A DNA stretch of 63,417 nucleotides, the filler included, from Chiloscyllium plagiosum (Eukaryota): assembly GCF_004010195.1 (NCBI RefSeq). It is 4 parts of one record of this genome, joined end to end, with 100 filler letters (N's around TTAATTAATTAA, not from the genome) between each part and the next. Parts side by side here need not be neighbours in the genome. Positions count along the whole stretch, not along the records: positions 17,137 to 47,913 come from NC_057710.1; positions 48,014 to 59,654 come from NC_057710.1; 2 more parts are not named here. One strand, given 5' to 3'. Under the pieces are notes generated by a model. It saw only the letters and a list, made by a program, of their open reading frames with translations, did not search any database and was not told the origin of the DNA. The first letter of the stretch is position 1; each line of letters begins with the position of its first letter. This document shows positions 39,695 through 51,775 of this stretch, one piece after another. Made by a program: the position numbers and the translations under genes.

Positions 39695-40544
39695 GTAAGT
39701 ATAGTACTGTGTCAGTAAAGTTTATGTAGCTGCAATAGCTTTAGAAAGCCTCTTTTGAGAAACAGTAAACCTCACCCTGCATGAGGTTTAGTTTAAATAC
39801 TACCTTGGCAATGGTCTGAAGACGATGCATTTAATGTAATATTTGGGATGGATGCACTCCAAATGTGCACACTGATGTTTAAAGGGACTCCATTTTGTTT
39901 TTGCCAAAAGCATGAGTAAGATGGAAAGTGACAGCTGTAAATATGTGACTGATTCTGGAACATTAGTGACAGCTGCAGAGCTGTAGTTTTCATAATTATA
40001 ATTTTGAACCATTGAAAATCATATGATATTTAAAACTGTTCAAAACCATTGTGTTAAGAAAATGATGATGGAATCCATGACCACTGGGATACTGGATAGT
40101 GCCTGAATATTCCATTAATAACAGCTGGCAGTTTCCATCCTGAAAGATATCTGTTGAGGTAATGAAGTTTTTTTTTAATGGTATCAAAGTGGTTGGCCTA
40201 TTCTGTGCAATTTCATCAATAGAGTTTTTTAAAAACCACTGTCTATGCTGCAGGTAGTATGTTACTAGCAAAAGTGAATATTAAATGCTAAGCTAAAATT
40301 GTGGTTTTCTAGTATATGCACAGCTGGAAAGGATTGTGCAGATAACTCACTGTATATGCAATTATTGATTAACCCAACTTGACAACTGATTAAAATAATA
40401 CTTAGGCATGAATTGGATATGTTAGGAAATTAAACATAATTTTGACAGCAAATATTTCATCTATTCTTTACTTTAGGAAGTGATTCAGCCTAAATTAATA
40501 CATCCATCTTGTAGTTATCCGTTATATTGTGATGTATATTTTTA

Positions 40545-43228
40545 GATTGGGCAAATCAAACCAGTAGCAATACTGTAGAAAAGGAACTTGTAGAGTGTAT
40601 ATGGGATCGTGTTATGATTCAATCTATTGAGGAACAAATTAGAGAAAAGGCCATATTGTGTAACAAGGAGGGAATAATTGATAATCTAGTTATATGTGGG
40701 CCTCTTAGGGAAGAGAGACCACCAAAGGATAGAATTCTTCATTAATATGGAGGGTGAAGTAATTGTTTCTGAAACTGGTTTCCTGAATTTAAGTAAAGGA
40801 AATTATGATGGTATGAGGCACAAGCTAGCTCCGATAATTTGAGGATTATTATTTAAAGGGATGACAGTAGATAAGCAATGGCAAACATTTAAGGAGCACA
40901 TTGATGAACTACAAAAATAACTCTTCTCAGCCTGGCATAGTAATAAAATGGGAAATGGTAGTCAGACCATGGCTAATAAGGGAAATTAGGCATAACATTT
41001 AATCCAAGGAAGAGGCATACAAAGTAGCCAAAAAGCAACAGACCTGAGGATTAGGAACTGTTTTGATTCCAGCAAAGGGAGATAGAAAGAATGGTTAAGA
41101 CTGGGAAAATAGATTATGAAAGTAAGGTTATAGGAAATTTGAAACAAATAGTAAAAGCTTTTACAGGTATGTGAAGAGAAAAAAGGAAGGTTCATAAAGA
41201 TGACAATACAGCCCCTAAAGTCAAAAGGAGGGGAAGTTATAATGGGGAGCAAAGAGATGGCAGCCCAATTAAGTATGTACTTTAGTTTTGTTTTCAGAAA
41301 GGAAGACACAAATAACATCCCAAAAATATGGGGATCACAGGGCCTAATGGAAAGGAGGAATTGAGAAAAAATAATATTAATAATGAAATCACATTGGGCA
41401 AACTAATGGGATTAAAGACAAATAAATTCCTCAGGCCTGATAAGCTTCATTCCAGAGTAGTTAAAAAAGTGGTCCTAGAAATTCTGATGATGCTATGCTT
41501 TAAGAGATTTCCTAATTTCTTGTAGAGGGAGATTGGGGGACAGGTCCGGAGAAGTTCATGAGAAGGTAAACAACTTGTGAAGCCCTGGGTGCTTTTTTAA
41601 GGCTGGAGAAATAGAAACAGCCTGAATAGGTGTGTTCAAGCCACACCAAGAGAACCAAGGATATTTAGATTTTTAGTTTTCAGCAGCAGTTGCAGTTGGG
41701 GTCTTGAAGAAGTGGAAGCTATTTTTCCCTCCCAATTACAGCAAAAAGGAGACTGCTGAATTGCATATGAGACAATCTGTTTTCTGAATTGCCTTTTGCC
41801 AAAGGTGTGTTTATGGAATGTTACAATATTGGAAAAGTTACTGTTCAGTAATAAAATGGTCTATTATTTTGTGAAAATTTCCAGTGGAGTTAAGTTATTC
41901 CAAGTTCCTCTTCTTTTGTTGCATCTTAACTATAGAGTTTGAATAAATTAGGTTTTGCTTAATGTCAAGTAATTTGACCAATCAAATTGCATCCAGAACA
42001 CAGGACCTCACAGTTATCTTTAAAATAAGAAAACGTTAGGGTCTAGGCTACTTTCTTAGTATATTTTGAGGGGGTCTATTCTGGTCCATAACAAAATAAT
42101 GGGTGCATTTTCCAAAATTCTATAGACTCTGGAATAGTTCCTAAGGATGAGAGTGTAGCTAATATAACCACATCATTTAAGAAGTGAGGTAGAGAGAAAT
42201 CAGCAAATTATAGACTGGTTTGCTTGACATCAGTAATGGGAAAAATACCAGATTTCATTATTAAAGATGTAACAGAGCAGTTGGAAAATAGTAACAGGAT
42301 CAGACAGAGTCACCACAGATTTATGAAGGGGAAGTCATATTTGACAAAACTGCTGGAATTTATTGAAAATGTAATTAGTGAAGTAGATAAGGGAGACCAG
42401 TAGATGTGACTTACTTGGATTTTTCAGAAGACTTTTGGTAAGAAAGAATTAGCATGCACAATTAAAGTGCCTGTGATTAGAGGTTGGCTGACAAGTAACA
42501 AAGACTAAGAATAAATGGAAGTACCGCAGAAATCAGCAATTGGACCCAGTTATTCATGATAAAATTGATAATTTAGATGAGGATATTATTTCATATGTAC
42601 AAGTTTGCAGATGACACAAAAGTTGGGTGGGAAACTTTGCTGTGAGGACGATGCAGAGAAACGTTAGTGTGATTGAGTAAGTAGGCATATGCATGGCAAA
42701 CACAGCATTATGTGAGGTTATCCACATTGATAGCAAAAACAACAAAGCAGATTAAACTTGAGAGGATGCAGAAAAAGATTTACAATGATGCTACTGGGAT
42801 TTAAGGGTTTGAGTTAAAGAAAGAGGCTAAATAGGCTGAGACTTTTTTCCCTGGAGCATCAGAGGCTGAGGGATGACCTTATAGAGGTTTATAAAATCAT
42901 GAGGGGCCTGATAGGTTGAATAGTCAAGGTGTTTTTCCTAGTGTGGAGAGTCCAAAGCTAGAGAGCATAGGATTGAGGTGAGAGGGGAAAGATTTAAAAA
43001 GGACTTGAGTGGTAACTTTTTCATGCAGAGGGTAGTGCGTGTATGGATGTGGTGGAAGTGGGTATAATGACAACATTTAAAAGGCATCTGGATGGATATA
43101 TGATTAGTAAAGGTTTAGAAGGATATGGGCCAAATCCTGGCAAATGCGTTAGGTCAGATTGGGATATCTGGTCGGTGCGAATGTGTTGGACTGGAGGGTC
43201 TGTTTCCATGCTCTATGATTCTATGTCT
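40545..43228 (+). mobile_element. Long decayed CR1 ORF2 (endonuclease end to 3' tail), possibly a composite of two copies
   Basis: KLMGLKTNKF.RPDKLH, FADDTK at about 42603, RLRDDLIEVYKI, FKRHLDGYM; CTATGATT tail. Confidence 0.85.
41483..42093 (+). mobile_element. Probable solo LTR (Gypsy-like) inserted in CR1
   Basis: 611 bp of non-CR1 sequence flanked by AAAT (41479-41482, 42094-42097); ends ...CCATAACA; AATAAA at about 41942. The 5' end is TC, not TG. Confidence 0.55.
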
Positions 43229-45946
43229 CTCTAAAGAGTCCCACTGGTGAGTTTGGCACTTATCTTGGCTGAGATTCAATACAGGCTGACATTCATCCCA
43301 ACAATGCAAATCAGATTTCGGCATCATGACCAATGAATATTTTATAGTTCAAGTTTTTTACTGCTCTCTTCTATTGGAAAGTGGATGTCAATCAAGTTCT
43401 GTTTGGCTTGTAGTATCTGATATTAATAACTGATACAAATCAGCTAAGATGCATGACTTTGTTGAATGGATCTAGAGGCTGAACAGTTTACTTCTGCTCC
43501 TATTACTATTGTCTTACAATGAGAAATGGATGCAGATACACTAATTTTATCCCTAAGTGAACTAATATTAATTATTATGACTTATTACTCAGATTTGTAT
43601 CATTTAATTTAGCTGCAATTTGAGGACATATCAGAACAAAGTATTCAAAGCTAAAGCCAGAAATCTCAGATATTCTCAGATAACTCTATATGTACGTAGA
43701 TATTACATATATCTCCATCAAAGACATTACACATATTTCTATCAAAGACCACTGAAATCTATAGTTTCATGACAAGGCAGTATAATTGCTGTGATGGGTC
43801 CTTTACAGATTTTGAAAAGAAACATTATTGCAGTTATTTTCAGTAGAATATGCTCCTCTATTGTCTGCTACAAATAAACAGACAACTTTTCCTATATGTT
43901 AAAAGGAACTTTCCCCTGACCAACACTCTGATAGAGACATGCCACACGCTATATTCAAAGGAAGTAGCAATTAAGCTGACTTGCTTGTCAGTTCTGTGGC
44001 AGATAGCTCTCATTGTTACAGCATGGATGGGTAACAGGAACTGCAATCTTGAGTTAGCACTTGTTTTTGACTGCATGTTATTCTACAGAGCACATATCCT
44101 CTTTCTAAAGTGTTTCCCTCAATAGCTTTACTGAACCCTCTCCCCAGTCCCTGCCTCTCAGTTTACTGTGAAATTATTGTCATCAATGCTGAATCAAGTC
44201 AGCATGCAAAACAGATTTTGTTGCAGCAGTTGATGTTATTTTCGTCTAAAAGATAGCATTGACACTTTATTTTCTGTTGGTTAAATGCTTATTGATTTTG
44301 TTTTGTAACAAACTCCAACTGGTTGGCCCAAGAAGATTCAAACTAAATATATTTTGAAAAAACATAATACCTTCTGCATTTGTCTAATGTTCATTTTGTA
44401 AAACTGGTAGGTAGATATGACAGCATGATAAGAGAAGAGTGGCAGAGGTTTGTATCATAAGTGTCAATCACATAAGGGTAAGGAGAAATTTAAAATATCT
44501 CATTTAACAAGGCATCAAGGATGTCGTAATGTGTCTGTGTGCATTGCTGATGGATGTTCTTTCTTTAATCCACATTTTATTCCTTTATAAGATGTAGAGA
44601 CCACTGGCAAAGCCTGTATTTATTACCCTAAGGAAGTGATAATGTGTCTTGAATCTCTGTAGAATATCTGGACAGTAGACCCATGGGTGCTGCTAGGAAG
44701 AACATCTCAGAATCTTAACCCTGTGACAGTGCACAATCTGCAAGCTAGTTCTCAGTCAGAGTGGTGTGCGATTTGGCAGGCGCTTTGTAGGCAGTGGTAG
44801 AGTTCCCATTCTGTTACTGCTCTTATTCTTCTAAGTAGCACAGGTAATGGTGTTCTTGAAATGAAATTGGCAACTTACACTCTTCCTCACCTTGGATTCA
44901 CAAATTCTGAGCTGGTGTTATATATCATGTCTTTAGGCTCCCCTACCAAGCAGAATCTACCCTTACAAGCATTGAATCGTAGAAATATACAACACGGAAA
45001 CAGACCCTTTTGTCCAACTCGTCCATGCCGACCAGATATCCTAAATTAATCTAGCCCCATTTGTCAGCATTTGGCCCATATCCCTCTCAACCCTTCCAAT
45101 TCATATCGTTGTATCAGCCTCCATCACTTCCTCTGGCAGCTCATTCCATACACGCACATCCTTCTGTGTTGTACAGAAGCCCAAACAACAGTGGCACCGA
45201 TGACCATTGGAGAATGTAGTTCCCTGGGAACCAAGCACACGACCAAGAGATTTAAACGTGAATCACAACCAGGTTCTGGGTGCTTTTGACAGATGAGCTC
45301 TGAGTAATTTAATGAACCCCTGTGTAAACTATTTACACTATTTAAAGAGATGTGACTCAGCAGGGTGCCTCAGTAATCTCTGACAATACCTCTCCATCAT
45401 CTGCAAGTGGCTAATATGCATACAGGACACTCTGTGACATACTAATATTTGCCTTCACGCTGGACCCAGGTTACCTTCAATGCAGGTTAGCCTCAGCATC
45501 TGCTGTCAGTTCTTGATGATTCTTTAGTTCATTGCTGTGCAGAGCATAAAGCCCTTCTCTCAACAATTCCATTCCATTTCTACTCAGGCTCCAAGAATAC
45601 TGGGTGAAAACCATCCATGTAATCTTCAGAAGGTGAACCGTGAACAGAAGCCAGTTAAAGGTACATCCACCATCATCCACCAGGAGGCCATATGACCATC
45701 ATTACAGATCTTGTGCCTATGAACTAATAGGACTCCCTCTACTTTCTTTGACCACACTCTCACCTCCTTGCATCACTTCCCCGATCAACGTTGACCTTTG
45801 TTCTGTCAGTAACCACCCTCCTCTACCAGACACAGACCTGCCTTGACCAGTCTCTGCTGCAAAGCCTCTCGGCCTAATCTTCCCTTTACCAGCAAATGTT
45901 CCTATGATCAAAGGTTGTCAAGATCCTGGAGAGGGCTAAGTACACT

Positions 45947-46075
45947 CCTGATTAAGGGCTTTTGCCCCAAACGTCGATTTTCCTGCTCCTCAGATGCTGC
46001 CTGACCTGCTGTGCTTTTCCAGCACCACTAATATTGACGCATCGGTTTCCAGCATCTGCAGTACTCACTTTTGCC
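45947..46075 (+). mobile_element. Solo PLE pLTR with a degenerate hammerhead core
   Basis: CTGATTA A GGGC TTTT GCCC CAAA CGTC GA..., homologous to 52981-53070; imperfect flanking duplication CTAAGTACACT / CTAAGGACATT. Confidence 0.75.
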
Positions 46076-46640
46076 TAAGGACATTTTTGTAGAGCTGGAG
46101 AGGAACATAGAGTGGGAAGGGAAAGTTACAGTAGGTGTCAAGTATATAGGCAGGACTAAGACGTGGTTTTACAGAATGGACATGAGTAGTTGCTGATAAC
46201 CTAAAAAGCAAAACCATGATGATAATACTTTAGCTAACCCATGTTTACCGTATCTAATTTGTTCCTGAAAAGAAGCATGCTTACTGAAAATAATTTTACC
46301 ATAAGAAAGCATGTAGAAAGGTATGTTTGTGTACTTGCTGCTATTGCCCATGGTCATCCTTCTTGCTCTTCGCAACTAGACAAAGGGAATTCCACCTGAA
46401 AGAATTCTGAATTGCATCTGAACTAAAAAAGCACAAAGGAAGCTGTCAGACATCTTCATTACACAACTGTAACACTTTTACAGGAGTTATTCTAATGGCA
46501 GCAGTGGTCAGGCAGCCTCTACACAATCTGGGAATTTGTTTTCCTGAGACAAGGAACCAACGTAATATCTGACTGCTGAAACATCTTGCACTGAAACAAG
46601 GAAATGTATACCAGACTGTGTCTGAGGAGACTCCCTGATT

Positions 46641-47849
46641 TTTCCAGTGCGAGCAGCAGCGAAGGTAAGACCGTTTGGTTTTAAAAGTGCTTACCGGTAG
46701 CGGGCAGCGGTGTTTTTTTTTTCTCTCTTCACAGAAAGAGCGGGAGCACCAGGGGGAAGTGACGACGACCAGAGGGGCAGCCGGGAAGGAAAGCGGTGAG
46801 TATTTATACTCACCCTTCGAAGCCGTCAGTCATTTCCAGTGCGAGCAGCAGCGAAGGTAAGACCGTTTGGTTTTAAAAGTGCTTACCGGTAGCGGGCAGC
46901 GGTGTTTTTTTCTCTTTCACTCTCTCTTCACAGAAAGAGCGGGAGCACCAGGGGGAAGTGACGACGACCAGAGGGGCAGCCGAGACCCGGAAGCAGTTAG
47001 TGTAAGCTTACCTGGGTAGGTTTTTTCCCCCTTTAAAAGCGCGAAGGACCCTCCGGGTCCTGGAGGGGGAGGGGGAGCAGCCCGAAGTCGTGGCCCATAT
47101 TGGCACCAACGACATAGGTAGGAGGAGTGCCGAGGATGTTAGACAGGCTTTCAGGGAGCTAGGTTGGAAGCTCAGAGTTAGAACGAACACAGTTGTTGTC
47201 TCTGGTTTGTTACCCGTGCCACGTGATAGAGATTCGAGGAATAGGGAAAGAAAACACTTAAATGCGTGGCTACAGGGATGGTGCAGGAGGGAGGGATTCC
47301 AGTTTTTGGATAACTGGGGTTCTTTCTGGGGACGGTGGGACCTCTATAAACAGGATGGTCTACACCTGAACCTAAGGGGCACCAGTATCCTTGTTGGGAG
47401 GTTTGCTAGTGCTCTTGGGGGAGGTTTAAACTAACTCTGCAGGGGCATGGGAACCCAGATTGTAGCTACAGGGTGCAGGGCCTGGAGTGTAGGGAGGTGA
47501 GGAACATGGCATCAATTTCCAAGGAGCGTGTCTGTAAACAGGAAAGTGGCTTGAAGCGTGTATACTTCAATGCAAGAAGTATACGAAATAAGGTAGGTGA
47601 ACTTGCAGCGTGGGTTGGTACCTGGGACTTCGATGTTGTGGCTATTACGGAGACATGGCTAGAACAGGGACAGGATTGGCAGTTGCGGGTTCCAGGATTT
47701 AAATGTTTTAGTAGGGACAGAGGTGGGGGTAAAAGAGGGGGAGGTGTGGCATTGCTTGTCAAAGATAGTATTACAGAGGTGGAAAGGACGATGGATGAGG
47801 ACTTGCCATCTGAGGTAGTTTGGGCTGAGGTTAGGAATAGGAAAGGTGA
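46641..47849 (+). mobile_element. CR1 5' portion: monomeric CpG-rich 5' UTR, ORF1 esterase C-terminal half, ORF2 N-terminus
   Basis: VAHIGTNDIG, VVVSGLLPVPR, FLDNW, DGLHLN (SGNH esterase); YFNARSIRNK, AITETWL, RDRGGGKRGGGVALLVK (APE endonuclease). ORF1 N-terminus missing. Confidence 0.9.
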
Positions 47850-47913
47850 ATTTGCAACAGATATGGAAGGATCCATTGGGGCCTTGGAGGGAGGTGAGGG
47901 GGGAGGTGTGGGC

Positions 47914-48013
47914 NNNNNNNNNNNNNNNNNNNNNNNNNNNNNNNNNNNNNNNNNNNNTTAATTAATTAANNNNNNNNNNNNNNNNNNNNNNNNNNNNNNN
48001 NNNNNNNNNNNNN
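47914..48013. other. Scaffold gap with artificial linker
   Basis: 44N-TTAATTAATTAA-44N. Confidence 0.95.
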
Positions 48014-48274
48014 GATATAGTTGATATAGTTGTCTTTCTTGACTTCTCTTGTTCTAACTTTCCCTTCAATTTCCTTTTTAAACATCCAGTTTGCCCCCCC
48101 CCCCAGTGATCCAAGAACTTAAAACCTTGCTTCCTGCACCAGTTCCCCAACCACACATTCAAGTCCATTGTCTCCCTGTTTCTGGCCACACCCAGCCCGA
48201 GGAACTGGAAGCAAACCGGAGATAACCACCTTGGACGTCCTGCTTTTCAAAATATACCCCAGTGATCCAAGAAC

Positions 48275-49069
48275 TTAAAACCTTGCTTCCTGCACCAGTT
48301 CCCCAACCACACATTCAAGTCCATTGTCTCCCTGTTTCTGGCCACACCCAGCCCGAGGAACTGGAAGCAAACCGGAGATAACCACCTTGGACGTCCTGCT
48401 TTTCAGCCTTCTTCCTAGTTCTCCGAAGTCCCGCTGTAGTATGTTCCTCCTCTTCTTCCCGACATCATTTGTGCCGACATGTACCACCACCTCTGGCTCT
48501 TCACCTTCGTCCTTGAGGATTTCCTGCACTTTGTCCACGATGTCTTTCACCCTGGCACCAGGAAGGCAACACACCATCCTTAAATCCCGTCTGCTGCCAC
48601 AAAAACCCCAGTCAGTTCCTCTCACTATGGAGTCCCCTATTACCACGGCTCTGTGTGATGTCCGACTCTTCTGCTCTGCCTCTGCGCCTACTTTTGATTG
48701 ACAGACCTGTCCGCCTCGCAGACTGGCAGTGTCATCAGTCTCTACTGTTTCCAAAAGCTTCAACTTATTCCTGACAGGTACTTCCCCTGAGGTCTCTTGC
48801 ACCTGTCTCCTCTCTGCCTTCCTCATCGTCTGCTCTCTTCTGCTCTCTTCTGGCATGATTGGTGTCATAACCTCGCTGAAGGTCTTGTCCAGAAAGATGT
48901 CGTTCTCTCGAATGAGCCTAAGGTCCTCGAGTTCTTTCATCAGCGCTGCAATATGCTCGGTCAATAGCTGAATGTGCACACACTTTCCAAACATATACGA
49001 GTCAGACACACCAGAGTCGTTGACCTCCCACATCAAGCACGTAGCACACTGAACCAGCTGGGCAGTCAT
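48275..49069 (-). CDS. CR1 ORF1p (zinc finger, leucine zipper, SGNH/GDSL esterase), frameshifted near the C-terminus
   Basis: CATCLMW...FGKC (decayed C4 finger), heptad LxxxIxxLxxxLxxL, VIGDSIVRG, CCLPGA, VVVHVGTND, VVISGLLPVPR. The element's 5' UTR extends to about 49245. Confidence 0.85.
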   Translation of the reverse strand: MTAQLVQCATCLMWEVNDSGVSDSYMFGKCVHIQLLTEHIAALMKELEDLRLIRENDIFLDKTFSEVMTPIMPEESRREQTMRKAERRQVQETSGEVPVRNKLKLLETVETDDTASLRGGQVCQSKVGAEAEQKSRTSHRAVVIGDSIVRGTDWGFCGSRRDLRMVCCLPGARVKDIVDKVQEILKDEGEEPEVVVHVGTNDVGKKRRNILQRDFGELGRRLKSRTSKVVISGLLPVPRAGCGQKQGDNGLECVVGELVQEARF

Positions 49070-49235
49070 GTCTTCACCCTCTTCAACTGTGGCGTAATCA
49101 CTTCACTCAAAGTCCTTGTCAAAGATTCCTGAGCTGAAGCCTCACTCTTCGATCCAAACTTCCTTAGATCCTCTTTTTGTGGCAAGTCTGTGGACTTTTA
49201 ATTTAGGTTAGAGGAGGAGGGAGGGAGGGAGACCC

Positions 49236-49510
49236 TACCAGTGCAGCAACCTTCAGGGTACAATGGACCTGCACTCCCAGATCTCTCTGCCCATCAACTT
49301 TTCCCAAGGCTCTTCCATTCATTGTATAATTCGCTCTAGAATTAGACTTGCCTAAATGTATCACCTTACATTTGTCTGGAATGAAAGCCATCTGCCACTT
49401 TTCCACTCAACTCTCCAGTCTATGTATATCCTCCTGTATTCTCTGACAGTCCCTTATGCTTTCTGCCACTCCACCAATCTTTATGTCATCTGCAAACCTG
49501 CTGATCATAC
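49236..49510 (-). mobile_element. CR1 RT fragment
   Basis: EKWQMAFIPDKCKVIHLG...QRDLGVQVH. Confidence 0.85.
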
Positions 49511-51565
49511 CAACAGTGGACCTGAAACATTAACTCTGAATTCTTTCCACAGATGCTGCCAGACTTGCTCAGTTTTTCCAGCAATTTCTGTTTTTGTTTC
49601 TGGATAAGTTTTCTTTAGACCAGAGAAGACTGAAAGAGAACAGGATTGGGATGTTGTAGGTTATGAAGGACATGGATTGATGGATAGAAAGCAGCCAATC
49701 CCCTTAATTTGGGTGGGGGTGGGGGGGTGGGGGGAGGGTGGTGGTCAATAACAAGGGAGCAAAATTTTAAGGTGAAAGGCAGCAAGTTTGGAGGGATTGT
49801 GAGGAAATTCCTTTTGTGGTGGGAATTCAGAATGCACTGCCTTAGAAGGTGGTTGAGGCGGAAAACCTCTCAACCTTTGAAAAAGTGTTTGGATGATCAC
49901 TTAAAGTATCATAATATTCCAGGCTATGGGTTGAGTGCAGAGAAGTGGGAGTAGTGTTGATTGTAATATGTATTTTTGTGGTACATAATAGATAGGCCAA
50001 AGGACCTCTTCTGTACTGCATTATGCTTTGAATTCAATCAAGGTCTGAATGATATAATAGGAATACGGTTGCCGTGAGCAAACAAGTCCAGGAGAGATTT
50101 TGGATACTCATTTCATGATAGTAATCTAAATGGTGGCAACTCAAAAGCTCAACAATAACAGGGTGGTAAATGCTGCCCTGCTATTGCCCAATTGTATCTT
50201 CTGAGAATGGAATAAATTGGTCTAACAAGTGCAGTTTGGATCACAGGAGTTCTTTGTGACATGCCTCTCGATTACACTATCTCCAATTAGATATTGGACA
50301 TAAGGGCACAATCTCTGATGTAAAACATGAAGAATTCCTGAGAGAGTAGCCAACAATACTGAACATAAAGGAATAAATGAATATGGGAAATAGAAGCAAA
50401 AGTAAAATATGAACCCATCCAGCCTGTTCTGCCACTCAGTAGAATCATAGCTGAACCTTCACATTAGTTTCATTTTCCTCCCCTTTCCCCAAATTTATGA
50501 TTCCTCAAGTGCCCAAAATCTTGAATATATTCTTTGACTAAATATTCAAGCCACTTGTCAAATTAAGCATGAAACTAGAGATAAACATGGCGATTGAAGT
50601 TACACCATATTTAAAACTCTGATAAAATAGAGGGAGAAGAACTTCAGAAAATCACAGTGTGATATCTCACAGTGTAATTGCATGGCCAGCAACTTTATAA
50701 ATTATTTTCTGTACTATAGCAAGTTCACTGAATGCAAATAATAGCACATGAAGCAATTTAAGTATTTTATTATATTAGTACAGAACTCTAATTTTCTTTT
50801 TTCCAAGTAACTGTATAACAAATTCACAGATGAGACATTGGGTTTATTAGGAAAAGGTTACATGCTGTCAGACTGCATGCTGCACAGTGCGTTACCATTT
50901 ATATATAGGTATAAATGCCAAACGTACTCAGTATGTAGCACTGTCAACAGCCTCCCCACCTACATATAACAAAGAGAATAATCTGCCAACTCCAATTATT
51001 TCCCCAGCAGGGGATTCTCATCAAACATATTCACTTCAGTGTGCACTGAAATTATCTGTTGCACTGGCAAAGGATCTCAACTCAGACATACCTACATGTC
51101 CTAAACAGGCAACCCTGCCAGTTACTTGATGAGGAACTGACATTATTTTCTGAGGTCAAGCCACTTGGGGTACTTTTCCAATGCAGTCTTCCCTGCTATG
51201 CTATGTGATTGAATAGATCAGCATGTTTATACTCTACGTCACCATAAATGTAGAGATTGGGAAATTAATGTTTGAGCAAGCAGCCATTCATAAGAATGGA
51301 GGAAGGATCTCCCAGACCACAGAGTTAAAAATGTTATATATTTCTATTTAGATTGAATTCTTTGGTGGGGTAGAGTATACCAGATGTCTAGCCTAGATCC
51401 CAACGTAGCTGCTAAGCTTCCACCCAATTGATCTAAACTTAACCCTAACCCAATCATGACTTCAACAACATTGCTTTCCAATAAGAGGCAGGATATTTGT
51501 CTTTAGGACTTCTAAACCATGGCTCCAACCCCGATTGCCATTTCCCTTGTCAGAAATGTTTTAGT

Positions 51566-51775
51566 GCTGAAAATGTGTTGCTGGAAAAGCGCAGCAGGTC
51601 AGGCAGCATCCAGGGAACAGGAGAATTGACGTTTCGGGCATAAGCCCTTCCTGAAGAAGGGTTTATGCCCGAAACGTCGATTCTCCTGTTCCCTGGGTGC
51701 TGCCTGACCTGCTGCGCTTTTCCAGCAACACATTTTCAGCTCTGATCTCCAGCATCTGCAGACCTCACTTTCTCC
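51566..51775 (+). mobile_element. 210-bp hairpin element made of inverted PLE pLTR copies, 16-bp TSD
   Basis: Near-perfect inverted arms across 51566-51740; TCAGAAATGTTTTAGT at both 51550-51565 and 51776-51791. Confidence 0.9.
51648..51680 (+). ncRNA. Minimal type I hammerhead ribozyme motif
   Basis: TC CTGAAGA A GGGT TTAT GCCC GAAA CGTC GA; stem I is only about 2 bp. Confidence 0.6.

Noticed and set aside
47850..47913. CR1-Penelope fusion protein
   Set aside because: A short PLE-like piece right at a contig end; nested insertion or misjoin is more likely.
49710..49743. G-quadruplex-like G runs (also the C run at 30428-30453)
   Set aside because: Low-complexity expansions inside decayed LINEs with no sign of function.
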